The notes beneath the pieces were generated by a model that worked only from the letters and a program-made list of their open reading frames with translations, was not told where the DNA came from and did not search any database. The position numbers and the translations under genes are program-made. A stretch of DNA of 63,552 nt, filler included, from Rhabdomonas costata (lineage: Eukaryota): the NCBI GenBank assembly GCA_019059605.1. It is 26 parts of 26 records of this genome, joined end to end, with 100 filler letters (N's around TTAATTAATTAA, not from the genome) between each part and the next. Parts side by side here need not be neighbours in the genome. Positions count along the whole stretch, not along the records: positions 22,078 to 24,424 come from JAHMHO010003898.1; positions 24,525 to 26,870 come from JAHMHO010003899.1; positions 26,971 to 29,317 come from JAHMHO010003900.1; positions 29,418 to 31,763 come from JAHMHO010003901.1; positions 31,864 to 34,208 come from JAHMHO010003902.1; positions 34,309 to 36,654 come from JAHMHO010003903.1; 20 more parts are not named here. The stretch is one strand, 5' to 3'. Shown here piece after piece: positions 24,361 to 34,845 of this stretch; position 1 is the first letter of the stretch, and every line of letters starts with the position of its first letter.

Positions 24361-27152
24361 TCCGTGGCCGGGAAGCGGCCAACCAACTCTCTGGAGTGCT
24401 ACCATCCTACCAAATATGAGCCCCNNNNNNNNNNNNNNNNNNNNNNNNNNNNNNNNNNNNNNNNNNNNTTAATTAATTAANNNNNNNNNNNNNNNNNNNN
24501 NNNNNNNNNNNNNNNNNNNNNNNNGGTTGTGGGTGGGGGGTACCACTGGTGCTGGGTACCCCCCCTACACACAGTAGTTTACAAGAGCCCAAGTAGTCCA
24601 AGGTGGAGCTTCCGAAAGCAAACCAACATTCTGACACCTTGTGAATGGGGGTGCATTTTGTGATCCAAATCCATATCCATATCCAAATATGCGGATCCTC
24701 TTTCCCCCGCTTACTGCTCATTTTTGTTTGTTTCCCTTGCTCTTTCTCTTTCCATTTTTTCGTATTTCCTCTGTTAATCCGATCCCAGCAATTCAGGTCT
24801 TGGTGATGGCACTATATTACAGCGACCAAACAGATCAGCAGATGTGTCGGAACCAAAAAAAAACAAGTGCCATTACGGACAATAGGTTTTAATACAGCCT
24901 CCCGTTTCCTGTTTTAGAAACGTACAAGCTTAACTTTCGTTTTGTTCCGGCACATCCGCTAAGTTTTTAGCAAGTGTAGTATTGGGCGTCAAATGGCGAC
25001 AAGGTTGCCAATGTTTACGTGGTGACAATTGCATGATGGAATGGTCAGTAGAAGCTACCGATCATATTTGGTGACGTGCTCGAAATATTTCGGTCGTCCA
25101 CTTGCTCTGGTATGACAGGAACAAAAAGGAAGCAATTGGGTGATGTTTTGTTTGCTGTTACTGTTTCTTGTATCTATAAAGCTATTGAAACTTGTGATTT
25201 GGTTGGAAATAATTCTTTTGCAAAAGGAGAATACACAACACATAACAAGCGCACAGTAGAAATGCCCGAGACAACCTCATTCGCCCATGACATTCGTCAC
25301 AGTCGTTCACCTTCGTCCCAGCAAAGAGAGCGACGACATGTCGGGGCGCAAGATCACAGTGCAACACGGGATGACTTGTGGACGCAAAAGTGCACGGCCG
25401 CAGAATAGAATTAATTCTGATTTTGCAGAAACCGTGTTTCAAGTCAACAAAAGAGTCGCAGCATTATAATTTCATAGCAACGCTCATGTTCGCTGTGTAC
25501 CAAAAAAACTGAGAGCCAACTTGATCATTATATTCATCATCTGGGTTCGCGCTCACATATAGCAAGCTCTGGTGACAACCCTTACGAAGTCTGATCGAAA
25601 AGCTTTATCAGGACGGAGGATTCCCAATATAGCCAATATCCCAATGCCGGGACAGGGGTGTGCTTTTACGGAGTGCATCCCACAAGAGTGGATATTCTGT
25701 GTAGAATATACGCATCGAGCAAGATGTGAACGATTCAGGGGCCCGGTCCAAATTACTGGGGTGGCGGGGTGGCAATCATGATCACTGCTAATTCCTAAAA
25801 GGAAATCGAGCGGTGGCACCCACTCCATTAGAATTCGAAAAAAAAAAATGGATTTGCACCCTTTACAGGACGATGCATGTTCCCCATAATTCCCAGGATG
25901 CCTTGGGCCGCTCGCTGTCTGCGTGGTCACCGATGCCAGATGCTTTCGTTGTGGACTTGGAGACAGAGGGTTGAAAGGAAAGAGCAGAAAGAATGACGCG
26001 AAAGATGCCGAGAACAGATGCACCTTCCATACAAACGCGCGCTGCCTGGACGCGGTATTCTCATCCAGTTATTATATCCGTCGTATTATGTTCAGTGATT
26101 ACCAGTCAATATTTTAAACACACAAAACACTGTGTGGACCTCCTTGCGCCTAAATGTTCTGTGTGAGCTGTGTTCAGAGTCATCGTGATGATTCTCTTGC
26201 AGCTGGATGTCACAGCAAAAAAACAATTTTAAGGTTAGATCCGATGCATCATTTTCTTCCACAAGACACTCTAAAAATCAAGATCAGCAGTTTTCAGTCC
26301 GGTGCATTGTGAGAACGAACGGTTTAAAAGCGGTAAGCGGATTAGCTGTCAAACCAAAATTTCCAAACTGGTGAGGAGCGAAACGTAAATCCATTTGTCT
26401 CAATCGAACAGGAACTTCATTCAGCATACATCATCGCTTGATAACATTCTTTATCAAAATGAAATCTCCAGCCAGCCACCCCCAGAGTACCAGACCTTAA
26501 ACCCACAAGCTCGGATGTGTCATCGGCGAATTCATCGCTGAAAAGACCCGAAACGTCCGTGAGAGGCAAATGCAGATCAAACAGCAGATAAATAATTTCT
26601 TGTGTGAAAATTATGAATTTTTGTTTTGTCGCAGCTGTGAGCAAACCCTTGCAACCAACTCTCCAAACAAAGAAGCATCCGTTCTAGCGATCCTCCTCGT
26701 TGTATTGGCGGCATTGGCACGAAAGCACAAGAGTACAATGGAATCAGGAAAAAAGGTGTGCTTTCCCAGCCTGCAAGTTTTGTACCCGAACCAAGCGGGG
26801 TCGTCTCAATCAGAAACACCGAAACAACCGGATTCCGGCATTCTGGCATTTCCGGTCCGTCCAACCCAACNNNNNNNNNNNNNNNNNNNNNNNNNNNNNN
26901 NNNNNNNNNNNNNNTTAATTAATTAANNNNNNNNNNNNNNNNNNNNNNNNNNNNNNNNNNNNNNNNNNNNTTTTGTGGGGTATGTATATACTATGTTCGA
27001 CAGCAAAAATGGTTACCACTAGAAACCGTTAGAACCCACCCACCTCCCCAACATCAATCGCACCCAGAGTCATGATTGATTTCAGAACCGCTGTGTTGTT
27101 CCTGGGTGCAGGGAAGGGCGGAAAGGAAACGCAGCTAGTTGGAAGAATGGAC

Positions 27153-28414
27153 CATGGGCCGATGGTGAGGTACGGGGTCTGGCGCCCCGCCTGGAGCAGG
27201 GCGTCATAGTCCGCCAGGGTGCACTTCAGGAAAAGGTCGAACCAGCCTCCCACCAGGTGGCACGGAGGGGCGAACGGCAGCTTGGGCCGGAAGTCCACCG
27301 TGCGCCAGTGCTCGGAATCTGAAGGTGTGAGAGAGTTGGACGCATAGCGCTCCGGTTGTTGCCTTACTGGCTGTTGAGGCTGTTGATCACCCCTTAGCAC
27401 GGACGAGCGCATTTTTTGGCCATGGGTGCTCGTGGGCAGAAGTACCGTCGGAGTGAACGGAGTCGTTGGCGGGGCACCGCCTGCCGTAAACACCCTTCTG
27501 CCACCAATGGAGTACCTGGACGGGCCTTTTGGAGGCAGTAACTTTTTCCACTGGCTACTTGCGCCGCTGCATTGCCACCCAGATCTCACCCCGTCCTTTT
27601 TTTCGGGGGGGGGGGGGCAGCCACTCCAGAGGCCTGGACACGACCGGAACGAGAACCCTGCGGTTGGTTGGCTGCAGGACTGTCGGACTCTCTGAAACAG
27701 CACCACAGAAGGCACGACGAATGCCACGCAGAGCCAACAAACAACCTTGCGCATGACGGGTAAAAGAATGTTCAACCAGCAGAAGAAGCAGGATAGCTGG
27801 ATGGGAGTGCTGGGGCCTTGTGCGCACATGTGTGTCTCAGGCGCCTGGGGGACTGGTTGGTAGTCCAGGTCTGCAGCAGACGGTGCCAAACGCACGCCGC
27901 ACCTCTCACAGATTTTCACCGACCTCGGGTTAACCGACGCACTCACCAAGTCACACGTGATCGCAACGATTTGAGTCTCGTAGGGCGAATAGCGTGCTGG
28001 CTGATGCAGAGCTGATGCCTCGGTTCAGCGGTGAAACCTTGCCTTACGCAGGCTGCCCATTATGCCCGCAGTCAGCTGAGTGGTGAAGCGCATTCCGGGC
28101 CCATCTCCAGAGCCGGTTGTCAGAATGGTAATTCAGGGCGAACGCGAAAAAAAAAAGGCGAGAACGCGAGAAAAACATTCTCGAATAGCTTTTGAACAAA
28201 AGTTGACCACGAAAGCGGAGAAAATGAGCTAACATTGCCAGAGGACTTTAAACATACCAGCGTCCTCCAGGATGTGAGGCAGGAAGAGTTTCGCCAGGCC
28301 CTGCGGCTCAGGATCCCCCGTGACCCGCTCGTGGATCTTGTTTACGGGAAGCCGGCACACGTGCCGAATCGGGTCCGCGATGAAGCTGAACATCCACAGC
28401 GGGTGCTTGGCCTC
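27153..28414 (-). CDS. CocE/NonD family alpha/beta hydrolase, internal fragment; exons 28414-28258, 27318-27153
   Basis: ...HVCRLPVNKIHERVTGDPEP...HILEDA|DSEHWRTVDFRPKLPFAPPCHLVGGWFDLFLKCTLADYDALLQAGRQTPYLTIGPW. GGW(Y/F)D and IGPW are CocE signatures; the GT-AG intron is in phase. Confidence 0.82.
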
Positions 28415-29499
28415 CTAAATACCGCGTCAAGCAACCGGGGCTCAGAATCCAAATTCCTCGATTTCCTTTCACAAACTTTTTGGGACCATAAACACTGACA
28501 ACAACCGGGAAAGAATGCGGAAAACGGGGGCAAGTGCGGGTAGGGGGAGCAAAGGAAGAAAAGTTTAACCAGGACAAAAATTTCGCGGGGTGTGGGGCAA
28601 GGCAACAAGTGAGGCAAAAGCGTGGGAGGCATCGGGCCGCCGACAGAGGGAGAAGGGGAGGGAAAAGGATGAGATTTCAAAAACTTTTGTTTGGCATTAA
28701 AATTTAATGTCAACAACGCAGAAATACCAACTGCTAAAAAAACCACCTAATGTGTCGGACATTTTATTGGGGAACTCAAAAAGTAGGGTTGTGACCAATC
28801 AAGGGCACACCAGACAACAGTCTCTCCCCTGGAAAACTCCTGAAAACCCAAACTGAGACCAAAAAAACGGTAAAACTTGGCTTGAAAAGAGACTCAAATC
28901 AAAATGCGGCGAAGTTCACGTGCTTTGGGATACTATCGAGCTCGGTTGACAGTGTTTTTGGTTGGATGCTTTGCAGAACAAAGATAGGTCACCGCCTTTT
29001 TGTAGCAAAGTGTAAGTTTTCCTTCCCCCGAAAAACCTCAGGTAAGCACTGAGGTGTCTAATTTAATTTGGACAAAAAGGCACACCAAACGAGAGCGTCA
29101 TAAGTTCACGAAATAAAAGTGTCCACCGCGGAATATTTGTCGAAAACAGTAATTTCAACCCTCGTGAGAACAGGCGCCATGTATGCGCATGAAAACCAGC
29201 ATTGGTTGGTTGGTGAAACACCAGAAACACTAGAAACCACAACCAAATCAAAAATGCAACCAACTAACTCAAAGATTTCCAGGACCCCTCAATATTTCTG
29301 TGCCCTCCCAACCCACCNNNNNNNNNNNNNNNNNNNNNNNNNNNNNNNNNNNNNNNNNNNNTTAATTAATTAANNNNNNNNNNNNNNNNNNNNNNNNNNN
29401 NNNNNNNNNNNNNNNNNGTTGGGTTTGCAGGTTACTGTTCTTTGCTTTTCCTCGTTTATCTTCCAAGTTGGCAGGCAAGCTCCCAGAAGTGTCGGGGCA

Positions 29500-30565
29500 A
29501 TGTTCCGGAGGGTTGCCGTAGAGGTTCTTCTTCTAAAGGGGCGGCAAGTCCGAGGATATGCCAAAAACTTTCGCGACCTCGCCACCTACCCCAACCGTCC
29601 ACCTCCCACTGTATACTTCAACTACTCCAATGACGTGCGCCTTTTCTTTTGTTTTTCCGCACTTTTTATCATTTTCATTCATGCTTTCGTCTTCCTGTAC
29701 CCCCTCAACTCCAAGGTGGTCCTCCGATGCGATGCTAATTTCTTCTTTACTTCATTCACTAAGGTGATAAGGCGCTGGACGAAAAACTGGACGAACCGTG
29801 CTACGGTTCTGTATTATATTATACCTCTAAAGAATGCTAATGACGAGTACTACAGTAATTCAAACGGATCGCCTTTCACTTGACATCTGCAGCTCAGTAG
29901 AGAAGGCCAACAAATCTGCTCAGATCCCAAGGTGCCCTCGCGCCGCGTATTAGGTCGAACTCGAGCTCAAGATTTCCGAATTTATTTATTTCCGTGGGTA
30001 CGAATTGCGCGAACTTCCTGCTCGTGGTGTTCTAATTCTTGTTTGTATGTTTTTGTGCTGTCAACAGATTCCCGTTGAGACTCCTGTGCTCGACTTTGCC
30101 ACAGGTATTTTTACGGCCTTGAGTTAATAAATCGCTTTTGTGTTGCACCAACTTTATCGTTGAGTTTGCGGCAATTTCCATTTGACACTAGTTTTGCTTT
30201 ATTGCTGAAAAATGTCGATCAAATTTCGCTCCTTCCCACTTCCATAGCGTTCTCTTCGTTCTCTCTCAATGCTGTTCCTCGAGCCTAGGCTTCCCTTCAA
30301 CGGGCCTTACTTTGCTTACCGTATCTTCCATGTCCTAACTCACCCCCTGCACTTGCTCTTCGTTGATATCCTCTCTTCTTTTATTGCCGTTTTTTCTTTC
30401 CCTGTTGACTGCCTCGAATCCTGCCACGTTTCTGTCTGTGTAACATGTTTTTTTTGCAAAGGCACGCCTTCTGGAAAAACGGTGCCCTTGGACGCCTATA
30501 TCTTCAACACAGAGCCTCGCTCCGGTCTTCTGCATCACGTCGTGAGGTATCAGGAGAAAGGAAAG
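29500..30565 (+). CDS. Mitochondrial ribosomal protein uL4m, 5' part; exons 29500-29634, 29893-29931, 30068-30104, 30462-~30565
   Basis: MFRR-type presequence, then IPVETPVLDFAT|GTPSGKTVPLDAYIFNTEPRSGLLHHVVRYQ, matching the L4 pattern LxxxIFxxxPRxDILHxVVxWQ. Two micro-exons of 39 and 37 nt splice in phase. Confidence 0.75.
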
Positions 30566-31863
30566 TCGTCGGGGGTGCATCCTCCTGGTTCCGGTTTCTC
30601 TCTTGGGTTTATGCTCCAATTCGCACGTGCTTCGAATCAGCACTCAGATGTTCGGACTGACGCGAAGCCTCTCGTGCCCACATCAAGCGGTCAACCACCC
30701 GTGAGAAGGGAAACCTGATACAGCGAAAGTGAGCGATCAACTAGGCCCTCGAGAGAAGACGACCAGAGGTCAATGAGAAGGGACAGCAGTCCGAGTCACG
30801 AGACAGAGACCAAAACCGAAACCGAAAACGATCCCATCAGCAAATACCTGAGACATGGCCTCAACCTTGTCGTTGCATATGCCGAAAGCAATGGCTAAAT
30901 ACCTCAAGCTCAGTAGTGTTCAATGTCATATGGGCGAAGGCCCTCGATGAGCCTTGAGGAACCCCCCAACACTCTCCCTAGCCATAGTCATGCAACAAAA
31001 GCACCGGCCCCAAATATGAGAACGACTCCCTCCCGAACCCGAACCGGATCAGTCCAACACACACATATTGAGAACTTACGTATATCTGAGCATCCTTCCT
31101 TTCACAACAGCCACACCACATACCTTATGACAGATACCGCCAAGAGGCGACGCCACGAAATCTATCACCCCACAAGAAAATTATGCTCCGTGTGGGAAAT
31201 GACGCCAGTTAGTAGACGAAGACATTAAAAGAATGGCCTGATCCCCAGAAAACCAACAACACCAGAACCCACATATGAGACCGAGAGACGAAGAAAGACC
31301 GTAACGCATACGGAGATACCCTCCTAGTGAGAAGATGGCGAGGTGACCGATGCCAAGAGAACCCAGGATGTGCTCAATTTTTGCTACGCCTGTTGCTTGA
31401 GACGTGCCGTTACCGTGGAGTGCAGCTTCCCATTACGGCGGATTTGGCTTTAGCAGGACGGCCCACACTACGACGGTTTCTGGATGGTCCACAACAGGTC
31501 TTCTCTGGAAGGGGTGACGTCCCCGGACCAACATGCCCACTGAAGCGTTTGAGTTCCGGCGCAACCACAACATAGGGTCATGGTTTTTTCGGTGAAGTTA
31601 CTACAAAAGTGAACCGGGTGCTTATTTGACTCTATTGGAATGGACCCTCACAGATGGCAAGATGACTGCGCCAAGGAGTACTTCAGATATCAGTGGAGAA
31701 AACAGGCGGTACTGTGCGCGCACTCGCCTCCTCTCCCCCCACCCCCCCAACCACACCCAACACNNNNNNNNNNNNNNNNNNNNNNNNNNNNNNNNNNNNN
31801 NNNNNNNTTAATTAATTAANNNNNNNNNNNNNNNNNNNNNNNNNNNNNNNNNNNNNNNNNNNN

Positions 31864-32524
31864 TGTTGGTTGTTAACAGTTCAATCTCAATGCACCGAGG
31901 ATTAATTCGTTTGTGTATTACTTCTGCCGAATGCATGTAAGTAACCGCACTTACAAGTTGATATATTAGTGACATAGTATGAACATCGGAAAATTGAATA
32001 GAACCGCTATTAAAAATAGAATCCAGAGATAAACTCAGATGTTCAGTCACATTAATAAATATTATATTTGACTTGTTTAGTAAACTATATGTATGCAAAA
32101 AGAGATCAACATTTTGGAAATGTTTCCTTAGCTCAAGCAGACGTAATATTTCTTTTGCTTTTTCTATATCTGAAAATATATCCTTTGTGTATTGAATCGC
32201 AGTAATCCTGTAGTTTTGTTGTTGGTCATTATCTGTATAAAATCCATAATACACATGGGATAACATATTAGTTTGTGTCGGTTGTAGATGGTGTATGCTC
32301 ATCTCATTTTCTAAAAATAAAGCTTCTATTTGTTCAATAGTCCACCAATCATCATGAAATTTTGGAGTACCTAAATCGCTCATTGGAGACTCCAATGATG
32401 GGTATGATTCTCCAGCAGGAACGGTAACTGTCAACTTCGTAGCATGTCCTTCAGTTCCTCGTTTTTGTTTACTTGCTTGTAAATACTTATATTTATATTT
32501 AAGGTACTTCCGTTTATAATCCAT
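31864..32524 (-). CDS. MAPK-like pseudokinase with N-terminal KYLKYK motif (viral), 3'-truncated
   Basis: MDYKRKYLKYKYKYL leader. ITAIQYTKDIFSDIEKAKEILRLLELRKHF, VTEHLSLSLDSIF and LIYQLVSAVTYMHSAEVIHKRINP parallel MAPK subdomains II-VIb. Confidence 0.8.
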
Positions 32525-32730
32525 ATACTTATACTCCACATTTTTATATTTTTTTAATTATTTATTTCTTTTTCTCATTACATATATCTTAATAAAAGTT
32601 ATAGTATCTGTAATTATCTTTTTTATAATTATACAAAAAATATGTTTTCATTTATTGTATCTTGTATAACTGAAATAAAAATCATTAAATCCACAGCCCA
32701 AAATAAACTTATAATCAAATAAGTTCATTA

Positions 32731-33132
32731 TTAAATGTAATTTTCTTTGATCTTTTGGAAAGCATCATTTATTTGATTTATTTTATCATTTAGAATGTCA
32801 TAATCTTGTATTTCAGTTAAATATTTTTTAATGTCGTCACATAGTTTTACTATCTTTTTTTCATATTTATCAGGTAATCCACAATATTTTTCGTAACATG
32901 TTGGATGCCAATATTCATCAGATGTACAATATGCTAATCCATTATCGGCTATTACAAGATCATCATAGTAATGACAATATTGACACATTTTTGTTTTTTT
33001 ATAAATATCTTTACATTCTTCACTGCAAAAATATCGAATGTAACTTTTATTACGATAATATGACGTCGTATGTAAAAAATATTCTGTATTTGAATCTTTT
33101 TCACAATCTATTAATCCACACTTATTGTTCAT
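32731..33132 (-). CDS. Viral Cys-rich zinc-finger protein (FCS/TRASH-like) with C-terminal coiled coil
   Basis: Complete 133-aa ORF with CGLIDC...YFCSEEC and CQYC...YC...C. Confidence 0.7.
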   Translation of the reverse strand: MNNKCGLIDCEKDSNTEYFLHTTSYYRNKSYIRYFCSEECKDIYKKTKMCQYCHYYDDLVIADNGLAYCTSDEYWHPTCYEKYCGLPDKYEKKIVKLCDDIKKYLTEIQDYDILNDKINQINDAFQKIKENYI

Positions 33133-33171
33133 GTAAATGACTATAAAATATATATCTTTATATAATACGAA

Positions 33172-33179
33172 AAAATTGA
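33172..33179 (+). promoter_or_regulatory. Mimivirus-type early promoter AAAATTGA
   Basis: Exact octamer 50 nt upstream of the ATG at 33222, in a divergent intergenic region. Confidence 0.8.
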
Positions 33180-33221
33180 ATTTTTTATTCTGTGTATATA
33201 CACAGATTTAAAAAACTATAA

Positions 33222-33700
33222 ATGAAAATAGTCGGAATAAATTGTCGTGAATATGATAATAAATATTTGTATTTATTGTCAAAGAAAAAAGAAAAATTAA
33301 TTAAAATGAAAAATTACTCAATTTCAATCTGTAATTATATGAATTGTTCATCAGAAAATTTAAAACAAAACCTATTTTAGAATCAGTTATTATCTATTAC
33401 AGTAATAAAAGTAAATATTTTATAAATTTATATGATATCATGTCATTTATTTATACCGTACATTACAATAAACGTAAATTAAATACAAAATACAATAAAT
33501 TAAGATCATTATTTAATATGCCGTGTAATATAAAATGTTCATTTTGTGAATGTAAAATTACTACATTATTAGAACTTTATAAACATTTTATACATGTATT
33601 TAAAAATTTCTCCAAAAGTATTTTAGATTTACAAAAAATAATTAAAATGAATCTTTGTGATTTTTATGATGATAAAACATGTAAGTGTAATTATGTTTAA
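33222..33700 (+). pseudogene. Viral ORF with C-terminal C2H2-like finger, split by a single frameshift near 33340
   Basis: The frame starting MKIVGINCREY... at 33222 stops at ~33380. An overlapping frame LFIRKFKTK...CSFCECKITTLLELYKHFIHV continues to 33700. Confidence 0.6.
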
Positions 33701-33763
33701 AAAATAATAAATTATTTTTATAAAAATAATAAATTATTTTTATTATAAAAATAATAAATTATT
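33700..33763. terminator. Array of AT-only hairpins between convergent viral genes (Mimivirus-type polyadenylation hairpins)
   Basis: AAAAATAAT-AA-ATTATTTTT at 33700-33719 and 33722-33741, plus a partial third copy at 33747-33763. Confidence 0.72.
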
Positions 33764-33977
33764 CAAGATGATATTCATTTTTATGTTTATTATTGTAGTA
33801 TTTCGAACATTCCGATGATTGTTGTCCACCTAATAAAACTAAACCACATTGTACTGGACATTGATTCTTTTTTGTACATTCATTGTATATTGGCATACAA
33901 TTAGTTCTAATACATGATTTAACACCATTACATGATTGTTTACATATAAGTAATGTTTGTGAACAGTTATCACACAT
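33759..33977 (-). CDS. Small Cys-rich viral protein (72 aa)
   Basis: Complete ORF with 10 Cys, an LLGG motif and a Lys/Tyr/Asn-rich tail. Confidence 0.65.
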   Translation of the reverse strand: MCDNCSQTLLICKQSCNGVKSCIRTNCMPIYNECTKKNQCPVQCGLVLLGGQQSSECSKYYNNKHKNEYHLE

Positions 33978-34029
33978 TATTATATATTAATGTATTATTT
34001 TTCATTACGAGTGAATTTATATTTAATTA

Positions 34030-34037
34030 AAAATTGA
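34030..34037 (+). promoter_or_regulatory. Mimivirus-type early promoter AAAATTGA
   Basis: Exact octamer 62 nt upstream of the ATG at 34092. Confidence 0.8.
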
Positions 34038-34091
34038 AAATAAAACATATTAAGTGTAGTAAATAAGTAATATTATTCATTATAAATAAAA

Positions 34092-34199
34092 ATGACGTTT
34101 ACGAATCTGAATCTTGATGTTATCGATATGATAAGTTTGTATTTGTCAACAACTGAAATATTACAATGTCAATGTGTATGTACATATTTCAGTTGTTGA
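34092..34199 (+). CDS. F-box protein N-terminus (viral), truncated at contig end
   Basis: MTFTNLNLDVIDMISLYLSTTEILQCQCVCTYF fits the F-box pattern. It is below the ORF-track length cut-off and was translated by hand. Confidence 0.65.
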   Translation: MTFTNLNLDVIDMISLYLSTTEILQCQCVCTYFSC

Positions 34200-34845
34200 C
34201 AACACAAANNNNNNNNNNNNNNNNNNNNNNNNNNNNNNNNNNNNNNNNNNNNTTAATTAATTAANNNNNNNNNNNNNNNNNNNNNNNNNNNNNNNNNNNN
34301 NNNNNNNNGTTTTGGTGGGAGCCTTTTCCTGGAAGCCTAGCCCCGAGCCACTTCTTTCGAGCAGAGGTAGCTCGGGGCTAGGCTTCCAGGAAAAGGCTCC
34401 CAGCAAAATTTGAATATATAGTGGTGAAAAATTTTAAAGAAAGCGCGAAAATAAGGTCAGGATTCATTATTTTCTTAATTTCTCTTTGTGATTTGTGATT
34501 TTGAGGTGTTTCTCGTACACCATTCTGACATTTTCTGCATTTTGCTGTATTTGAGCTAATTTGTCTTCTTTGAATCGTCACATAGGGTAGGATTCTCGGG
34601 TTAGCATTTCTTGTCTTTTCTTCAACGGTCTCGCACCGTTGAAATAACCCACACCTCACCCTATTGCCCTATTACAATGGCAACACCCGCTTTCTTTCAA
34701 AAAAATTTTATTCAAAAAGAACATCAACCAATTTTTTATGGGACTCTAACTTTTTACTTTGGGCTGGGGGAAGGGGCAGGGCTCAACCTTGCTGATTGGG
34801 CTAGTCTCGCTTGTCCACGCACTTTGCTGCACACGTTTAGAAAAG

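Larger units (their letters stand above)
31864..34208. other. Giant-virus (Nucleocytoviricota, Mimiviridae-like) DNA fragment
   Basis: Far more AT-rich than the host contigs, intronless and gene-dense. Two AAAATTGA motifs, a hairpin array between convergent genes, a YKRKYLKYKYKY leader and an F-box gene start. Confidence 0.85.

Noticed and set aside
5340-24830. MALYY peptide in two contigs (minus strand ~5350, plus strand ~24806)
   Set aside because: Similarity is limited to five or six codons with no flanking conservation; probably chance.
26417-26644. FADD motif suggesting a reverse-transcriptase remnant
   Set aside because: No QG/SP or other RT motifs nearby in frame; a four-residue match alone is insufficient.
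30540-30570. Possible non-canonical GA donor (AAG|GAAAGT) in uL4m
   Set aside because: Canonical GT donors lie within a few bases and the next exon is off-contig, so it cannot be supported.
34143-34202. 19-bp inverted repeat and early stop in the viral F-box gene
   Set aside because: The contig's last bases are the reverse complement of 34143-34161, a likely fold-back artefact. The TGA is therefore not evidence of pseudogenisation.
34310-34408. Perfect 33-bp-arm hairpin (34316-34348 / 34370-34402) resembling a pre-miRNA or hairpin element
   Set aside because: It sits at the very start of a contig, with an imperfect inner stem and a perfect outer arm, the pattern expected of a fold-back chimera from amplification. 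Not credible without independent reads.
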